NCBI GenBank assembly: GCA_002269645.1
Contig: NIVC01003277.1
Coordinates: 43,718 to 107,717 of the forward strand
Direction: 5' to 3'
DNA length: 64,000 nt
From: Macrostomum lignano
Lineage: Eukaryota
Each line of letters opens with the position of its first letter. The stretch's first letter is position 1. The notes under the pieces are model-generated. The model saw nothing but the letters and a program-made list of their open reading frames with translations. It had not been told where the DNA came from and did no database searches. Both the position numbers and the translations under genes were made by a program. Below are positions 1 through 15,600 of the stretch, one piece after another.

Positions 1-1700
1 CATAAACTGCAGTTGTGTTTCATAAACTGTAGTTGTGTTTCATAAACTGGAGTTGTGTTTCATAAACTGGAGTGTGTTTCATAAACTGTAGTTGTGTTTC
101 ATAAACTGGAGTGTGTTTCATAAACTGGAGTGTGTTTCATAAACTGTAGTTGTGTTTCATAAACTGGAGTGTGTTTCATAAGCTGGAGTTGTGTTTCATA
201 AACTGGAGTTGTGTTTCATAAACTGGAGTTGTGTTTCATAAACTGGAGTTGTGTTTCATAAGCTGGAGTTGTGTTTCATAAACTGGAGTTGTGTTTCATA
301 AACTGGAGTTGTGTTTCATAAACTGGAGTTGTGTTTCATAAACTGGAGTGTGTTTCATAAACTGGAGTGTGTTTCATAAACTGGAGTTGTGTTTCACAAA
401 CTGGAGTGTGTTTCATAAACTGGAGTTGTGTTTCATAAACTGGAGTTGTGTTTCATAAACTGGAGTTGTGTTTCACAAACTGGAGTGTGTTTCATAAACT
501 GGAGTTGTGTTTCATAAACTGGAGTTGTGTTTCATAAACTGGAGTTGTGTTTCATAAACTGGAGTTGTGTTTCATAAGCTGGAGTTGTGTTTCATAAACT
601 GGAGTTGTGTTTCATAAACTGGAGTTGTGTTTCATAAACTGGAGTTGTGTTTCATAAGCTGGAGTTGTGTTTCATAAACTGGAGTTGTGTTTCATAAACT
701 GGAGTTGTGTTTCACAAACTGGAGTGTGTTTCATAAACTGGAGTTGTGTTTCATAAACTGGAGTGTGTTTCATAAGCTGGAGTTGTGTTTCATAAACTGG
801 AGTTGTGTTTCATAAGCTGGAGTTGTGTTTCATAAACTGGAGTTGTGTTTCATAAACTGGAGTTGTGTTTCATAAACTGGAGTTGTGTTTCATAAACTGG
901 AGTGTGTTTCATAAACTGGAGTGTGTTTCATAAACTGGAGTGTGTTTCATAAACTGGAGTGTGTTTCATAAACTGTAGTTGTGTTTCATAAACTGGAGTG
1001 TGTTTCATAAACTGGAGTGTGTTTCATAAACTGGAGTGTGTTTCATAAACTGGAGTTGTGTTTCATAAACTGGAGTGTGTTTCATAAACTGGAGTTGTGT
1101 TTCATAAGCTGGAGTTGTGTTTCATAAACTGGAGTTGTGTTTCATAAACTGGAGTTGTGTTTCATAAACTGGAGTTGTGTTTCATAAACTGTAGTTGTGT
1201 TTCATAAACTGGAGTTGTGTTTCATAAACTGGAGTTGTGTTTAATAAACTGGAGTGTGTTTCATTAACTGGAGTGTGTTTCATAAACTGGAGTTGTGTTT
1301 CATAAACTGGAGTGTGTTTCATAAACTGGCGTTGTGTTTCATAAGCTGGAGTTGTGTTTCATAAACTGGAGTTGTGTTTCATAAACTGGAGTTGTGTTTC
1401 ATAAATTGGAGTTGTGTTTCATAAACTGGAGTTGTGTTTCATAAATTGGAGTTGTGTTTCATAAACTGGAGTTGTGTTTCTTAAACTGGAGTTGTGTTTC
1501 ATAAACTGGAGTTGTGTTTCATAAGCTGGAGTTGTGTTTCATAAATTGGAGTTGTGTTTCATAAACTGCAGTTGTGTTTCATAAACTGCAGTTGTGTTTC
1601 ATAAACTGGAGTTGTGTTTCATAAACTGGAGTTGTGTTTCATAAACTGTAGTTGTGTTTCATAAACTGGAGTGTGTTTCATAAACTGGATTGTGTTTCAG
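1..1700. repeat. Tandem minisatellite, 19-20-bp unit CATAAACTGGAGTTGTGTTT, about 85 copies, running off the window start; probably intronic in the protocadherin
   Basis: Head-to-tail near-identical units with no unique spacers. Confidence 0.97.
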
Positions 1701-2189
1701 AAAATATCGGAGGTGTTCAAAAATAAGATATTTTGTGCACCGTGAAACCTTTCAGAGCTGTCAGAGCACATACCCAGGTAATTATTGACAGAGAAACTTG
1801 AAAATGAAGAAGAGACGGGTTGAGTTTTTTCAAATTTGCTTTTAACTGTAAAGGAATATTTTTCTCTTTATAGGTAATTTTGTTTTTTAGAACCCACCGG
1901 GTGCGCCGATGAAACATCTGCAAGCAAATCACCTGGGCAATCAATTTTTGTCGAGGTTGCCGCGATGAGCAGGCGGGGACTGGGGCGGGGGGAGGGGCAG
2001 CAGAATCGATGAGCACACAGGCAGCAATTTTCGCCTCAACGAAGCGGGATAAATGGAGAAAAAAAGCAAAATCACCATCATCTTTATGCACCTTTGAAAA
2101 GCGGAGCAGCTGATGATTCTTAGCAGCCTGTAAGAGCGAATTTTCGTTGCATTTCTTGGAAAGCTAGCGTGTTACAGATCACACAAAAC

Positions 2190-2330
2190 CGAAGCTAAAA
2201 TGACCAAAATTAAAATACCCGAAACCGAATTCAAACCCGAAACCGAACTCAAACCCGAAACTGAATTCCAACCCGAAACTGAATTCCAACCCGAAACTGA
2301 ATTAAAACCTGAAAACGCACCCGAAAATGC
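2190..2330. repeat. Short 18-bp tandem repeat (AAACCCGAAACTGAATTC-like) abutting the protocadherin splice acceptor
   Basis: About 6 degenerate copies seen directly. Confidence 0.8.
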
Positions 2331-2334
2331 GTAG

Positions 2335-4333
2335 GTCACCGACGTGAATGACAACGCGCCGCAGATTGTGGTGAATCGCGACTCTCTCACCGTCCGCGAG
2401 AACAGCCAGCCGATTTCCACCGTCGACTACATCAGCGTCAAGGACCGCGACGTCGGCAACAGGTTCATCCACTGCGATCTTGACGGCTTCAACAGACAGA
2501 CGGACGCGTTCAGCCTGACCCGGATGTCTGGCTCTGACGCGGTGTCGGGGTCCGGCAGCCAGGTGCTGCTGCTGCTGCAGGCTATCCGCAGTCTGGACCG
2601 CGAGCAGCAGGCGGCGCACGCCCTGTCGCTCACCTGCTCTGACTCTGACGGCGTCGCCAGCACCGAGAATTTCACCGTCAGCGTTGGCGACGTCAACGAC
2701 TCGCCGCCGGTGTTCCCCAGACCGGAGCTGGTGGCCCGGCTGCTGCCGCCGCTGCGGGAGAACTCGCCACCCGGCACCGTGATCGGCAGGCTGGCAGCCA
2801 CCGACGCTGACGAGCCGCAGAACGCCAGGACGGTGTACAGCGTGGCCGGGAACTGCCAGCACGACATCGGCATCGGAGAGCTCAATGCTACGGTCTATGC
2901 AAAGGTTCGTGGGAGACTAAGAAGAGCCTCCTTAGTCTCTTCGGGATTTTGTCCCTGATCTGCCTGTACCTTGTGTCCTTGAGCTGCCTGTAGCTTGTCT
3001 CCTTGAGCTGCCTGTAGCTTGTCTCCTTGAGCTGCCTGTAGCTTGTGTCCTTGAGGTGCCTGTAGCTTTTGTCCTTGAGCTGCCTGTAGCTTGTGTCCTT
3101 GAGCTGCCTGTAGCTTGTGTCCTTGAGCTGTCTGTAGCTTGTGTCCCTGATCTGCCTCTAGCTTGTGTCCCTGAGCTGCCTGTTGTTGTCTGCAGCTTGT
3201 GTCTACTGTCTGTCCCCACTGCATCTCCTTGAGCTGCCTCTAGTTTTGGATCTCTAACTGTTAGGCAGCTCCCGAATTTCCTTAGGTTACGTTCGACCGC
3301 GAGACCAATGCCTCCATCCGCTGCGAGCTCCGGGCCACGGACGCCGAAAATCCAGCCCTGAAGTCCCACGTGGAGGTGGTGATTGTCATTGCCGACGAGA
3401 ATGACAATGCGCCTACGTTTCCTGGAAACTACACATTCCGGGTGAACGAAAGTCGAACGAAAGGGCACTTGATCGGCCGTGTCGAGGCCAAGGACCTTGA
3501 TGAAGGCGACAACGGCCGGCTGGTGTACACCCTGCGCTCCGGACACCCTGTGGGCGGCCGGCCGCACCATCGCGTCGGTTTTAGCGTCTCGCCCGACGGT
3601 CGCATCTTCTTAGCCGAAAGCATCCTGGACAGGGAGCGACAGGCGGCGCACATCCTGCAGGTGGAGGCGCAGGACTTCGGGCGGCCGCGCCAGACCAGCG
3701 TAGTCTGGGTTCGAATCGTTGTGCTCGACGAGAACGACAACGCGCCGCGGTTCGTGTTCCCCGGCGCCGGTAGCGACGGCGACACCTCTTTAAATGTCAG
3801 CATCAGCGACCGGCCGGGTGACACCGTCGCCAAGCTGACCGCGGTGGACGACGACGAGGGCGCCAACGGAGTGGTGACATTCTTTGTTGACGCTAGCTCC
3901 GATGCCATGCCGCAGTGCGAGGCAGGCCTGTTCCGATTGGATCCCGAGCAGGGTCACGTGACTCTGAGTGGGCCAATCAAGCGGGCCTGGCTGGGCACGG
4001 AGTGTCTGCTGGCGCTGGAGGCCAGGGATGGCGGCGGTAAAGCTTCCAAGCAGCGGCTGCGCATTCGGTTCGTCAGCGACCTGCGCCACAGACTGGACGG
4101 CGGCAACGGAGGCTCCGGCGATGCCAACAACTGGAGAGGCAAGGACGGCCCTCCAGAGATGATCATCGTCACGGTGTGCGTCCTGCTGGCCTTCCTGGTG
4201 CTGCTGTGCCTGGTGCTGCTGGCAGCCTACTTTTGCTACTACATGCAGCCGGCCCGCGCCGCCAGGAGCGCTTCGGCGCGGGTCCCAAATGGCGCCAATG
4301 GGCAAAGAAAAGCAGCTCACACTACGGACAATG
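2335..4333 (+). CDS. Protocadherin, 5'-partial: exons 2335-2904 and 3286-4333 encode the last cadherin repeats, the TM helix and the start of the cytoplasmic tail
   Basis: Cadherin Ca-binding motifs DVNDNAP, LDREQQ, DVNDSPP, ATDADE, FDRE, DENDNAP (x2), AKDLDEGDNG, LDRERQ and AVDDDEGANG; TM IIVTVCVLLAFLVLLCLVLLAAYFCYY; phase-0 intron GT2905..AG3285 joins K|VTFDRE in frame. Confidence 0.93.
2955..3245. repeat. 21-bp tandem repeat (TCCTTGAGCTGCCTGTAGCTTG-like) filling most of a protocadherin intron
   Basis: About 13 copies between donor 2905 and acceptor 3285. Confidence 0.9.
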
Positions 4334-4721
4334 GTTCGATTCCTCATTGATTTGATGTTCCTTCTTGCTGTGGCACTTGTACATGTATTAACGCTCACGA
4401 GGGCCCCAGGGCACAGAGAGTGTACATGCCAGAAGATTAGACCACCAAATCTTTGACAGCACTGAAAGCACCACTAGATGGCTCTCTGTACCTCCGGTCC
4501 ACCTCCCAGCTTCTCAATCATTGGACATGCGGATGAATGACGCAGTTGCTTGCGCAGCATCAGAGCCACGGTTAGAAAGTCATTTATCCCAGTTGTCTTT
4601 AACTCCAGCACAAATATTTCTCCTATCGGCGATGCGAAACCTTCCTGTGTCCTTATTGCTGTTTATGGACCAAAGGATGCATCATCAATGGCAGGGGTTG
4701 GTTTTTAGAAACAGAAATTAG

Positions 4722-6440
<1,719 letters not shown>

Positions 6441-9400
6441 GCTCCGAGTTTTCAGTAACCGAGGCAGTGTACATGTATTCAGTTTAAACATTGTCACTAA
6501 ATGACGACTTGTATTGGATTCTGACTAAAAGACTTAAAAGCATTTCTTCGGCACTAATTCGGGTTACCGATCCACAGACGCAGTAGAAAGCACAGATGCA
6601 CCATGGCACCGATACAGTAGGCTTAGCGATATACCAATAGAGAAGAAGGGCAGGTCATACGAATATACAGCCAACGTAAGGTCATTGGGGTAGAAAATAA
6701 TAGTCTGACTTCTGGTTCTACTAAAATGCAAATGACATTCGCCAACCTCGAGCACTGTTAGCCTGCAGCAGTAAATGAGGGTTTGCTGGGTAGAGAACTT
6801 GGGGTTAGGACCGGAGAGACAGACCAGAAAATCGATAACTTTCATTCAACCCCACGCACGGCTAGCCTGCAGCAATTAAATGGGATAGCGCGCGGGGGTA
6901 GAAAACAAGAGGTGGGGAAGGCAGTGGGACAGACCAGAAAATCGATAACGTTCACCAAACCACACGCAAGGCTGTCCTGCGGCTAGAAGAGTTAGAAAGT
7001 TACGAAACAAACCAGTTTACTGATAAGGGGTTTACTTCTACTTTAAAAAGCATTATAGATTTAGTTGGCTGGTTAGTAGTAAGTATTGAATTGCTTCTCA
7101 CTCGGATGTTTTAGCGTAGTGCGCTTTGGCATAACTTTTTCGTGCACATGGAAATTGTTTTTCTTTTCTGTTGAAATTGTTCGCAATGCACCATTGCTTT
7201 TTGCTGTATCAATACGTTTGTATCCAACCTTATCTAAAATATGGTAGATTTTAATAAAGATAAAGTGATGACTGCCAAGTGCAATTTTCGAGTTGAACAG
7301 TCTTCGATATTTCTTCAGCTTTTACTGAGGAACTTTCATTTTTTGAAAAATGCATCTTTCATAGGCCGCTTTTTGTCCTAGAATCAGACCATTACGGATC
7401 TGGATAAATAGGAATTCCAGATGTATCAGACGACAATTTCCTGCCTTAACTAAACCGTTTGCTCCTATTTCATGCATCAGACTAAAATTTTATAATTTCA
7501 AGAAAACGATATTTGATGTCAGAAAAGTCAAAGCACGACGCATTATAGTCAGAAACTCGTATAGTCAGAAATGCTGCGAACGGTGATGTTCGGACGAAAA
7601 CAAAACGAAAACGACTTCGTTGGAGTCTGTCTTCTACAGATTTAGTCGAGAATTAATTTCCGATCAATAGAATTCACACATTAGTTTTTTTACTCATCTG
7701 CAACTCCAAAGCTGAGACGAGAGATCATTGCTAATTGATGTGTTGTTTCATTTTGCAGCGATAATGATCGAGTCACCAATAAAGTTTGCACGGGTCTAGG
7801 AGTGCAGAGTCCTTCAGATTGAGCACAGTGAGAGGACTGGAACACGATTATGGCAGACCCTGGTCTCCAATCTGAGCTCTGAGCCGCAGCTGCAGAGCTG
7901 AGCTACTCAAAAAACAGCCAACCTTCAAGTCGCCCTTGTGTATATATTGATTGGATAGTGTGCGCCAGTGTGTGTTTTTTCGGCAATGACTTGCACAGGC
8001 TGCAGCGTGTGGGAGGGGCAATTCCCCAGCGATGGGGACGCAAAATAGTTGAGTAGCTTCTCCTCCTTGGGGCAGAGCTTTCCGCCAGCAGGCGGCCTCT
8101 CATTCCTGTCGAAGCAGCTTCCCGCTGTCAGTGTGGAAACTGCCGGACTGGCTGCTGTCGAGTGGAACTCATTAGAATGAGCTGGTCGGGTGCGAGACTG
8201 TTGAGTCTGTTTGGCGTGAGGGACTAGCTAGGAGGGGGATAATTTTCCCAGTAAGAAGGCGCAGCTGCTTCTTTCCCAACAGCTGGGTAGTGGAGTGGGG
8301 TGGAGGTATCGATGCAGCGGGTCAGTGTACTTGCCTTGGCTAGCTGGATACAGACACTGCCTAGGCTTCACATTGTGGGAAGAAAAACGGGGACTCGCTG
8401 AGTAATTGCGGGGCTGACCTGTGCATCACGCACTAAACAGTGGGAAATAGCGATTCAATAATCTGTAAGGAAAAGCGAAAGACAAAGTGCCGGTCAAAGT
8501 GCGTCTGTGGCTCAAATTTCGACGTTGCTTTAGTCGGGGCTAAGTGGAACAGGGGAAGTTAAAAAATTCAGAAGTCAATCCGATTCGATAAATGCCAATG
8601 GAGTGAGGGTTTTCAACACAGGCAGCAGGCATCGAGATTAATCACAGCTATTTCATCGAATTTCCATTTTTAAGACGACTGACTCCATGGAAATAGAATT
8701 TGAGGAAGCGTCTTTCTTGCCACCTTTTTAAAGAAATTTCAGCTTGCAGGGTCAGCCTTCGCACAGCCTTGGTTCTCCCAAGCATGTGATGCTGCTGTAC
8801 TTCTGTCCTGAAAAATTCAACCGAAGAACAACAATTAGAAAGCGGAGATGCCTGGGAGACAAGCCGATTCCGTCGTTACTTTGCAGTATCTACGAAGTCA
8901 AATCCCGTGTTTTTTCGAAAAATCCAGTTTAACAAATATATTGGTCCGAATAAACGAGGCTGTGTATTTTTAAAACATTTACTCGTATAGGTTCCAGGGA
9001 TATACATTGCAGGCTATGCAGCACAACGTCAATGGCATGGGTAGCGTAGCCGTACTGCTAACAGACCGAACACAATATTAGCACAACATCGCGGTAACCA
9101 GATCGCAGAGTGGCATTCATCATAAGCGGGTTTAAAAGCTAGGAAAATCCGAACAAGCTCACAATGCAGGGGGAATGAGTCTCAATGCGGCAGCTCTTAT
9201 TTGTTTACCCTATGTCTGAAAAGCCAGTGCAGACAAACAGTGACTGGTTTTGTTATAACTGCAACAGAAACCTGTGAAAAAGCACAGGTGAAATCGCTAT
9301 TGTTTTCTATTCATTTGCGACTTCGCGATCAATTCATATGAGTGCTCTGTTTTTTTTCACGACAGTCAGCACTCAATGAAGTCACTGGAATTTTGTATTT

Positions 9401-9652
9401 AAAAATGAATATTAAAATCACTGCGACTCGCACGGTCATACAGGTGACATCTTCTTTGGGTAATTAATTTTGGAAATCATTTGCTTTTCTATCAGTTTTC
9501 CAATTTCCTTTATTGAATTCGCAATTCCCAAACGCCTGCGCTTCCAAAAATAAAGCATGCACAGTATCTCAAAGCGAAGCCAGACGGATGTGATGCAGAG
9601 CTGGGCTCAAAGCGCAGTTGCAGCTCAGCCAGACTCCGCAGCGACTCCCCGC

Positions 9653-12600
9653 TCACTTCCTGGCGCCGGACGCGGCCGGAGCCGTCAGACGGTGCCACCT
9701 TGCCGGGGCGCTCTTGGACTTGAGCATGTTCCACCAGTGCTGGTACTCCTGGCCGCTGGTGTCGGGGCCCAGGTACACCCGGCCGACCTCCGTGCTGCTT
9801 AGTACGCCTTCGTGGCACACGGAGATCTCCAGGCAGCCGGTGCGCAGGTCCTCCTCGGCCACCCCGTTGAACACGAGCGCCTCTTCCCACACAGGGTTGC
9901 CTGGCGTCTTGCAGCTGCTGGTCTTCTTCTTCTTTTGCTTCCGGCCTCCCTGTGTGCTCAGGGTGACGCGTACGGAGGCGTCTGAGCGGCGACGGGGGTG
10001 GGGATTGACAGGACGAGTTCAGTGCTGCTACGCAGTTTTTGAGCTAGAAGATCACTAATAAACCTAGTCGTGTTTGTCCCAGAATCGAATTTCAGCTCCC
10101 ACACATCCTGACTGAAGTCTTTGGTTGCTCATATTTGCTCTGTTCATCAAAAACGAACTCAGGTTCAGATCAGCTCATCCTTCCTGTCTTGCCACCCACT
10201 TGCCGCTTGCTATCAGGCTCTGCCTAATTCTGCCTCAAACTGGTGCATCAAATTCTATAATGTCCTTTTCTGCTGCGTCGTGTTTCATCCCTATCCGATT
10301 TCATCTAATAGATTGCCTTCTATTATTGGCGTACTTTGCCTCAGCACAGGTTTTGTGCAGCAAGACGAAGCTGTAGAGTTTTACCGATGCAAAATAGAGG
10401 ATTCCTATAATCAAAGGCATATTCAACTGTCGAGCTAAAAGGGTCAAATTAGGACTATTGCTAGTCAGATTCAGCTATATTAGTTCTTTTGCCTTCTTCC
10501 TACGAGTTTTATGGAATCATAATTTAGGCTTTAATGGCCCAGCCTTTTATTCGGATTGCAGAAGCCACTGTGGGAGCTGCTCAAAATTAAGCCAAGAGCT
10601 CACCACTAATTGGCTTGTCTTTGTTGATGTCGCGCAGGTTGCGTGCCTTTATGATTGACACGCCAAGGCGCTTCGCAGCGGACAAGAAGGACAGCGAAAA
10701 CATCAGGTCACCGATTTTATGCTCCTGAAATAGTGGGCGATTGCAAGATGGAAATGATTTTGTGACGGGACGGAACGCCTGAACAGGTATCCTCACCGGG
10801 TCTGGATCTTTCTCAAGCGAAGTCAGTCCCTTCCACAGGGTGGTCTGAACCTCAGCGCCGGCAGCGGCCGAGTCCGCATCCAGCACATCAGTTAGCGGTA
10901 GACGGACCTGACCCAGACAGTCGTCAAGAGAACACGGGTCATAGTCAAACACGGTAATCTCCAAAACGCTCCAGTGAATGTCCTGCTGAGCGAGTTCGAA
11001 TATGAAAGCCTCCTCAAACTCGGGGCGCAGCGTCTTCTTGTGAACCTGGAGACGAGTGAATGGCGCGATGCGATAGCAGGCTTTAAAGGAGCATCGATCT
11101 AGTAATTTAGTTTGCTTTCCTTGTTCAGAAACTGGGACAGTAATTATCAAACGCGAGCTGCTGCCATCTGAGAGCCTGGCTTCTTGAGCAGGCGATCTAG
11201 CCTCATTGCTTTGCATCTCTGAAGCACGATAATTTAATAAACGGGCCGACAGATGTTTGCGCTTCTCGTCTCCCCCATTGCCCTTCAAATTAGCGGGGCA
11301 GAGAGGGGGCCTGTGGATCTTCACCCTCCGTCTTTGCAATAATCCATGCCCTTGAAATTGCAGGCCCTTTTGCTGCCTTGCTCGATTCTTTGGCTTCTGT
11401 CCCGCTGTCGCTTTTCTGTTAGATCTCAAGCCGGTTCGGAGAGGAAAATTATTTTGGCATTGCTTTCTGCGACGCCTCTTTCCTTAGCTACCAGCACTTC
11501 ATCGACAAATTCCAGCTTTTCGGCTCACATCTCTCTGGCAGTTTTTTATTCCGAAAAAATAGTCTGCCTTGTTGCCTTTGACCAACAGCCCATTAGGCCA
11601 GGCAAGCTGATTGAGCGCATTGGGTGCTGGCGTCTTGCCAGCTTCAAAGAGGTTGCCTTGGGGAGGAGAAAAGAAAATTCCTGAAGAAAAATTAATCCTC
11701 TTGGTCGCACTGGTGGAGAATTCTATACGAGCTACAAAGGGAAAACGTCGACGCTAAATTCTATTGAAATAACTCACTAAGCTCCTTCCATAGAAATGGG
11801 TGGATTTCCGAGCTCTCCGAGCAGCCAAAGGCAATTTCTGCCATAGACAGCAACCATAGACAGCAGCCATAGACAGCAGTCATAGACAGCAGCCCAGGGA
11901 CTACTCAATTCTCGGGACGGGAAACGGCCAAATCATGCAGAAAAAAGATGGAGGCCGATTTTCTCTGTTCTCTGCTGGTCTTATGTTTTATCGCAAGAGC
12001 TTCAGCTTTTCACTATGTACACAAAATTTATCCCTCTTCAACTTCCTGTAGCCTGTTTCTACTCAAATAATTTCGGATAAATGCTAGGAGACATTTTATA
12101 CAGTACCCCTTTAATACACAAACTCGATGCTTGATAAGCCAAGTGCATCTGTTGTAGAAGTCTATGGGAAACACTGAAGCAAGAAGTGAAAGCTTGTATT
12201 ATACGAGAAGTTATTCAACATAAGATATAAGATTAACAAAACTGTTGTATATAGTCAGTACATGTATACCAAGATTTGGAGAACGATCGCGCTAGAATAC
12301 ACACTATTGTGCACTAGAATTATTCAACAACACCAAATGCATAAATACAAGAAACACAACATTCACAACAAGCATATAAAGAACAATAAACACGATAAGA
12401 GCAAAAGGCAAGAGAACCACAAGCAAGTGCAAAACGCACATGAACCAGAACAAACAAAGTAAGCATAACAAAGTATCCCAATAGTAGTAAGCAAATATAA
12501 GCAATGCGACAAATCGAATTCGTAATCCAGTAGTCTCAGTCGGTATCTATCGCGCTTATAAACGAGATGAACTGCGTAGCTTTGTGATTTTACGATCACT

Positions 12601-15600
12601 TGCGTCTGGTGTTTGTTCTGCAGTTTTGCAGTTTCGCACAAGTCCTTTGAAAAAGCAGTTTGATAGGCGACGAGTCACCGAAGTGGTATGAATGTCCTTG
12701 TCTGGAAAGAAATATTCGGCGATAGCATTGAATATCTGTTGCACACGGGTTGCACAGCTTGGTGAATATGATGTGAAGCTAGCATAACAAAGGCGCGAGA
12801 ATTGGAAAAGCCATTCTGGTGGATGCGCTAGCTTTCCACGGGAAACAAGCTCCGTAAATTCGCATGGTTCATTTCGTGCTGCTTCTGCGTCAGCGGGAAT
12901 TCCTTCCTTTGCTGCAACGTAGCCTAGGTAGTTAAAAGCAAAAAGATAAATGAAAGTAGATATATATACGAACATTATTATACTCGTGCAAGAATACAAA
13001 ATTGCTTGAAGAAGCAATTTGAAACTTACCTGAAATGTAATATAGGGCAGCATTCTCATGCGATGTCAAATTCTCCGCAGAAATGCAGCAACTGTCGACT
13101 GTCCCCAATTCCTCATCTGATAGTTGACTGTCGCAGCAGTGGCTCTGTTGGTGACTGAAGTCGGACAATTCAAGCGATGTAAAGAGCTTCATTCGTCTCA
13201 GTCGGGCGCTAAGAAAAACTTGTTCGACTGAAATAAAATAGTTGCCTCCACTCATTTGGCGATAGACTCCGAATTCACCTTCTAAAGGATCAGTGTTGAA
13301 TTCTGATAGCAGAACATACTGCATAGCACCGGTTTCCAGCAGTTGGTGACACTTTTCTACCACACCGAACAGACTGTTACATAATGCGTTTTTGGTCTCG
13401 GTCGTAAGGCATTGATGTCGACTTCGTCCTCTACCACCGCCACGTTCAGACACAGCCTGTGCCAAGGCACTTAAGAATACTAAACGTTCGTCCGAAATCG
13501 AGGAAATTGGCTTTCGATCAGGATCGTTCAGTCGTATGTGCAAATAAGGGTTGCGGCAATTAACTGTTTTCCAAAACTTAACAATAGATTCTACAAACTT
13601 TGCAGTATCGTGGAATCCATCGCACGCAAGAGCAGCTACTACCTTGTCATCGAATACCTGCAGAGCAAGAGAAACACAGGTTTTCTGAATTCCATTTGGG
13701 TAGCATGCCCGTGAGTGAGATTTGTTCGTCTGACAACGTGGTTTTGTTCAGCCTTAAAGACATGAATGATGTGACTCCATTTCGCCGAAATGACTCTGTC
13801 GCATCCCGGAATTCGAAGTGCTATAGTCCCCTTCTGTTCAGTCTGCCAGTTGTTTCTTATCGATTTCAACAAGTGGACCATGTCATTGATCATAAAAAAT
13901 TGACTAGTCTGATTGACGTCTCGTCCAATCCAATCCTTGTTTTGCTGCTGATCTCTGAACAAATTAAAACATTTTCTGTTAGTAGGATGATTGTCGCAAA
14001 CCAAAGCGAAAACAGTACCACCATGCTTGTTGACCAACTCAATGCTTTGACTTAGTTGCTGTTTGAGAAATTCGGCTGTGAGTAGAAAAATTGGTATAAG
14101 GCGCAATATGAATGGTTTTCCACCCATTAGCGGCTTCAACATTATCGCCAGAATTGTCCGAGCAATTTTCGCCGAGTCGTCCTCCGCTTGTCCAAACAGA
14201 TGTTTACATCTAAATCTGACAGATGGCTGCACGTACATCTCGTCAAATAGTAAAACGCAGTTCAGCTGGGTGCCGCGAAGTGCAGAAAAAACTGTTCGAA
14301 TAGTTTCATCAGAATCGGCTGCAGTTCCAATCTCTCCAAGACCGGCCAAATTTGTACGGAGAGTTCTTTGATGTGGCAGTGGCAACAGAGTGCGAAGTTG
14401 AGAGTAAGCCGAACTGCTGATTAAATAGATAAGAGCTGACTGCCTTAGTGTGGCAATGTCGTACCGACGACTCACTGGACTTGTAGAAATTAGCTGTAGT
14501 TGTGAAATTAAAAACTGTATCGATGGATTCGTGATGACAGTATTTTCTAATTCCAACACTTGAAGAAATGACGACGACATCGCTTTCAACTCATGCTGAA
14601 CAGACAGTTGAAAATTCATGCATCGAACGATAATGGCATCGAGTTGTGAAAAATACTTCAATGTAGGCTGGAATCCTAGCAGATCTCTCAGCGGAACCGG
14701 CGAATGATAGTGAAAAGCACGAGTTGCAAAGTTGGACGAAATAAAAATCTTGATCTTTAGTTCTCCGCTCGAATCCAAACCAAACAAATAAACTTCTTCA
14801 TTGCATAACGATACAAACAGCGAATGTTGAGCAACGATGTCTGATGATTTGAGTGCAGAAACGAGCTCGCTCCAGCCTGGCAAACTGTCGATTTTACGAA
14901 ATTCTTCCAACTCGTCCGGTTTAAAATTTCTTTCGGCAGACAAAACGCGACGGACTTTTGGTTTTCTCGCTAATGCTAAAATTATGGACGTAAGCAATGC
15001 GATGGAGAATCGTTTGTATGTTGGTAGCACAATACGTGTACAGTTTATGTATTGACAAATTCTCACATTTCGATTGAACAAAACATGATAGGGGAATTGC
15101 AACGTCAAAGACGGACGGCGGGTCGACAGGTCGCTCATATCTGCTGCGTTTTATCATTGGCACTGATATTGGCCAGTGCTTCTCGCATACTGCCATATGC
15201 GGTGTTGGATCCTGTAGAATTATGAGCGGTGTGCTACAGAAACAAAACCTCGCAAAACTTGTCCTTCCGAACAAGAGAGACAATGCACTGTCTCTCCAAC
15301 TTGCCCAGCAGAGAGTAAAATCACGAATTTCATTATTACCAGTTTACTGCTCGACTCACCTTGATGAAATTTGGTAGAGCCAGTCGCCATTTTTCCTTCT
15401 CTATAGGATCGTTTGGGAAAGTAAAGACTTTAACAGAAGTTTTTTCGTTCAAATAGTTCGACTTGCATGATTGCACACAGCATTTCCTTGGCATGAATGC
15501 GAAAAAACGCAAAGCAAAATTAGGAAGAGCAAATGAAAATTTCTGTCGTGTCGTGGCTACCCAGCCAAGTTAACTCACAGAGGAGTCCAAAGTTGACTAT

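Noticed and set aside
1-1700. CRISPR-like regular repeat array
   Set aside because: Units are contiguous with no unique spacers, there are no cas genes, and the context is eukaryotic. The same applies to the other arrays.
2100-2150. Hammerhead ribozyme-like CTGATGA followed by a hairpin
   Set aside because: The required GAAA reads GAAT and I could not find stems I/III with a cleavage triplet; an Rfam/Infernal scan would settle it.
10587-11429. Single 280-aa ORF as a complete protein
   Set aside because: Only 11045-10797 and 10724-10604 are C2-like and bounded by splice sites; the remainder is open intron sequence.
13600-15055. Plus-strand ORFs inside the transposon (13600-14055, 14063-14371, 14837-15055)
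   Set aside because: Antisense shadows of the transposase with no recognisable motifs.
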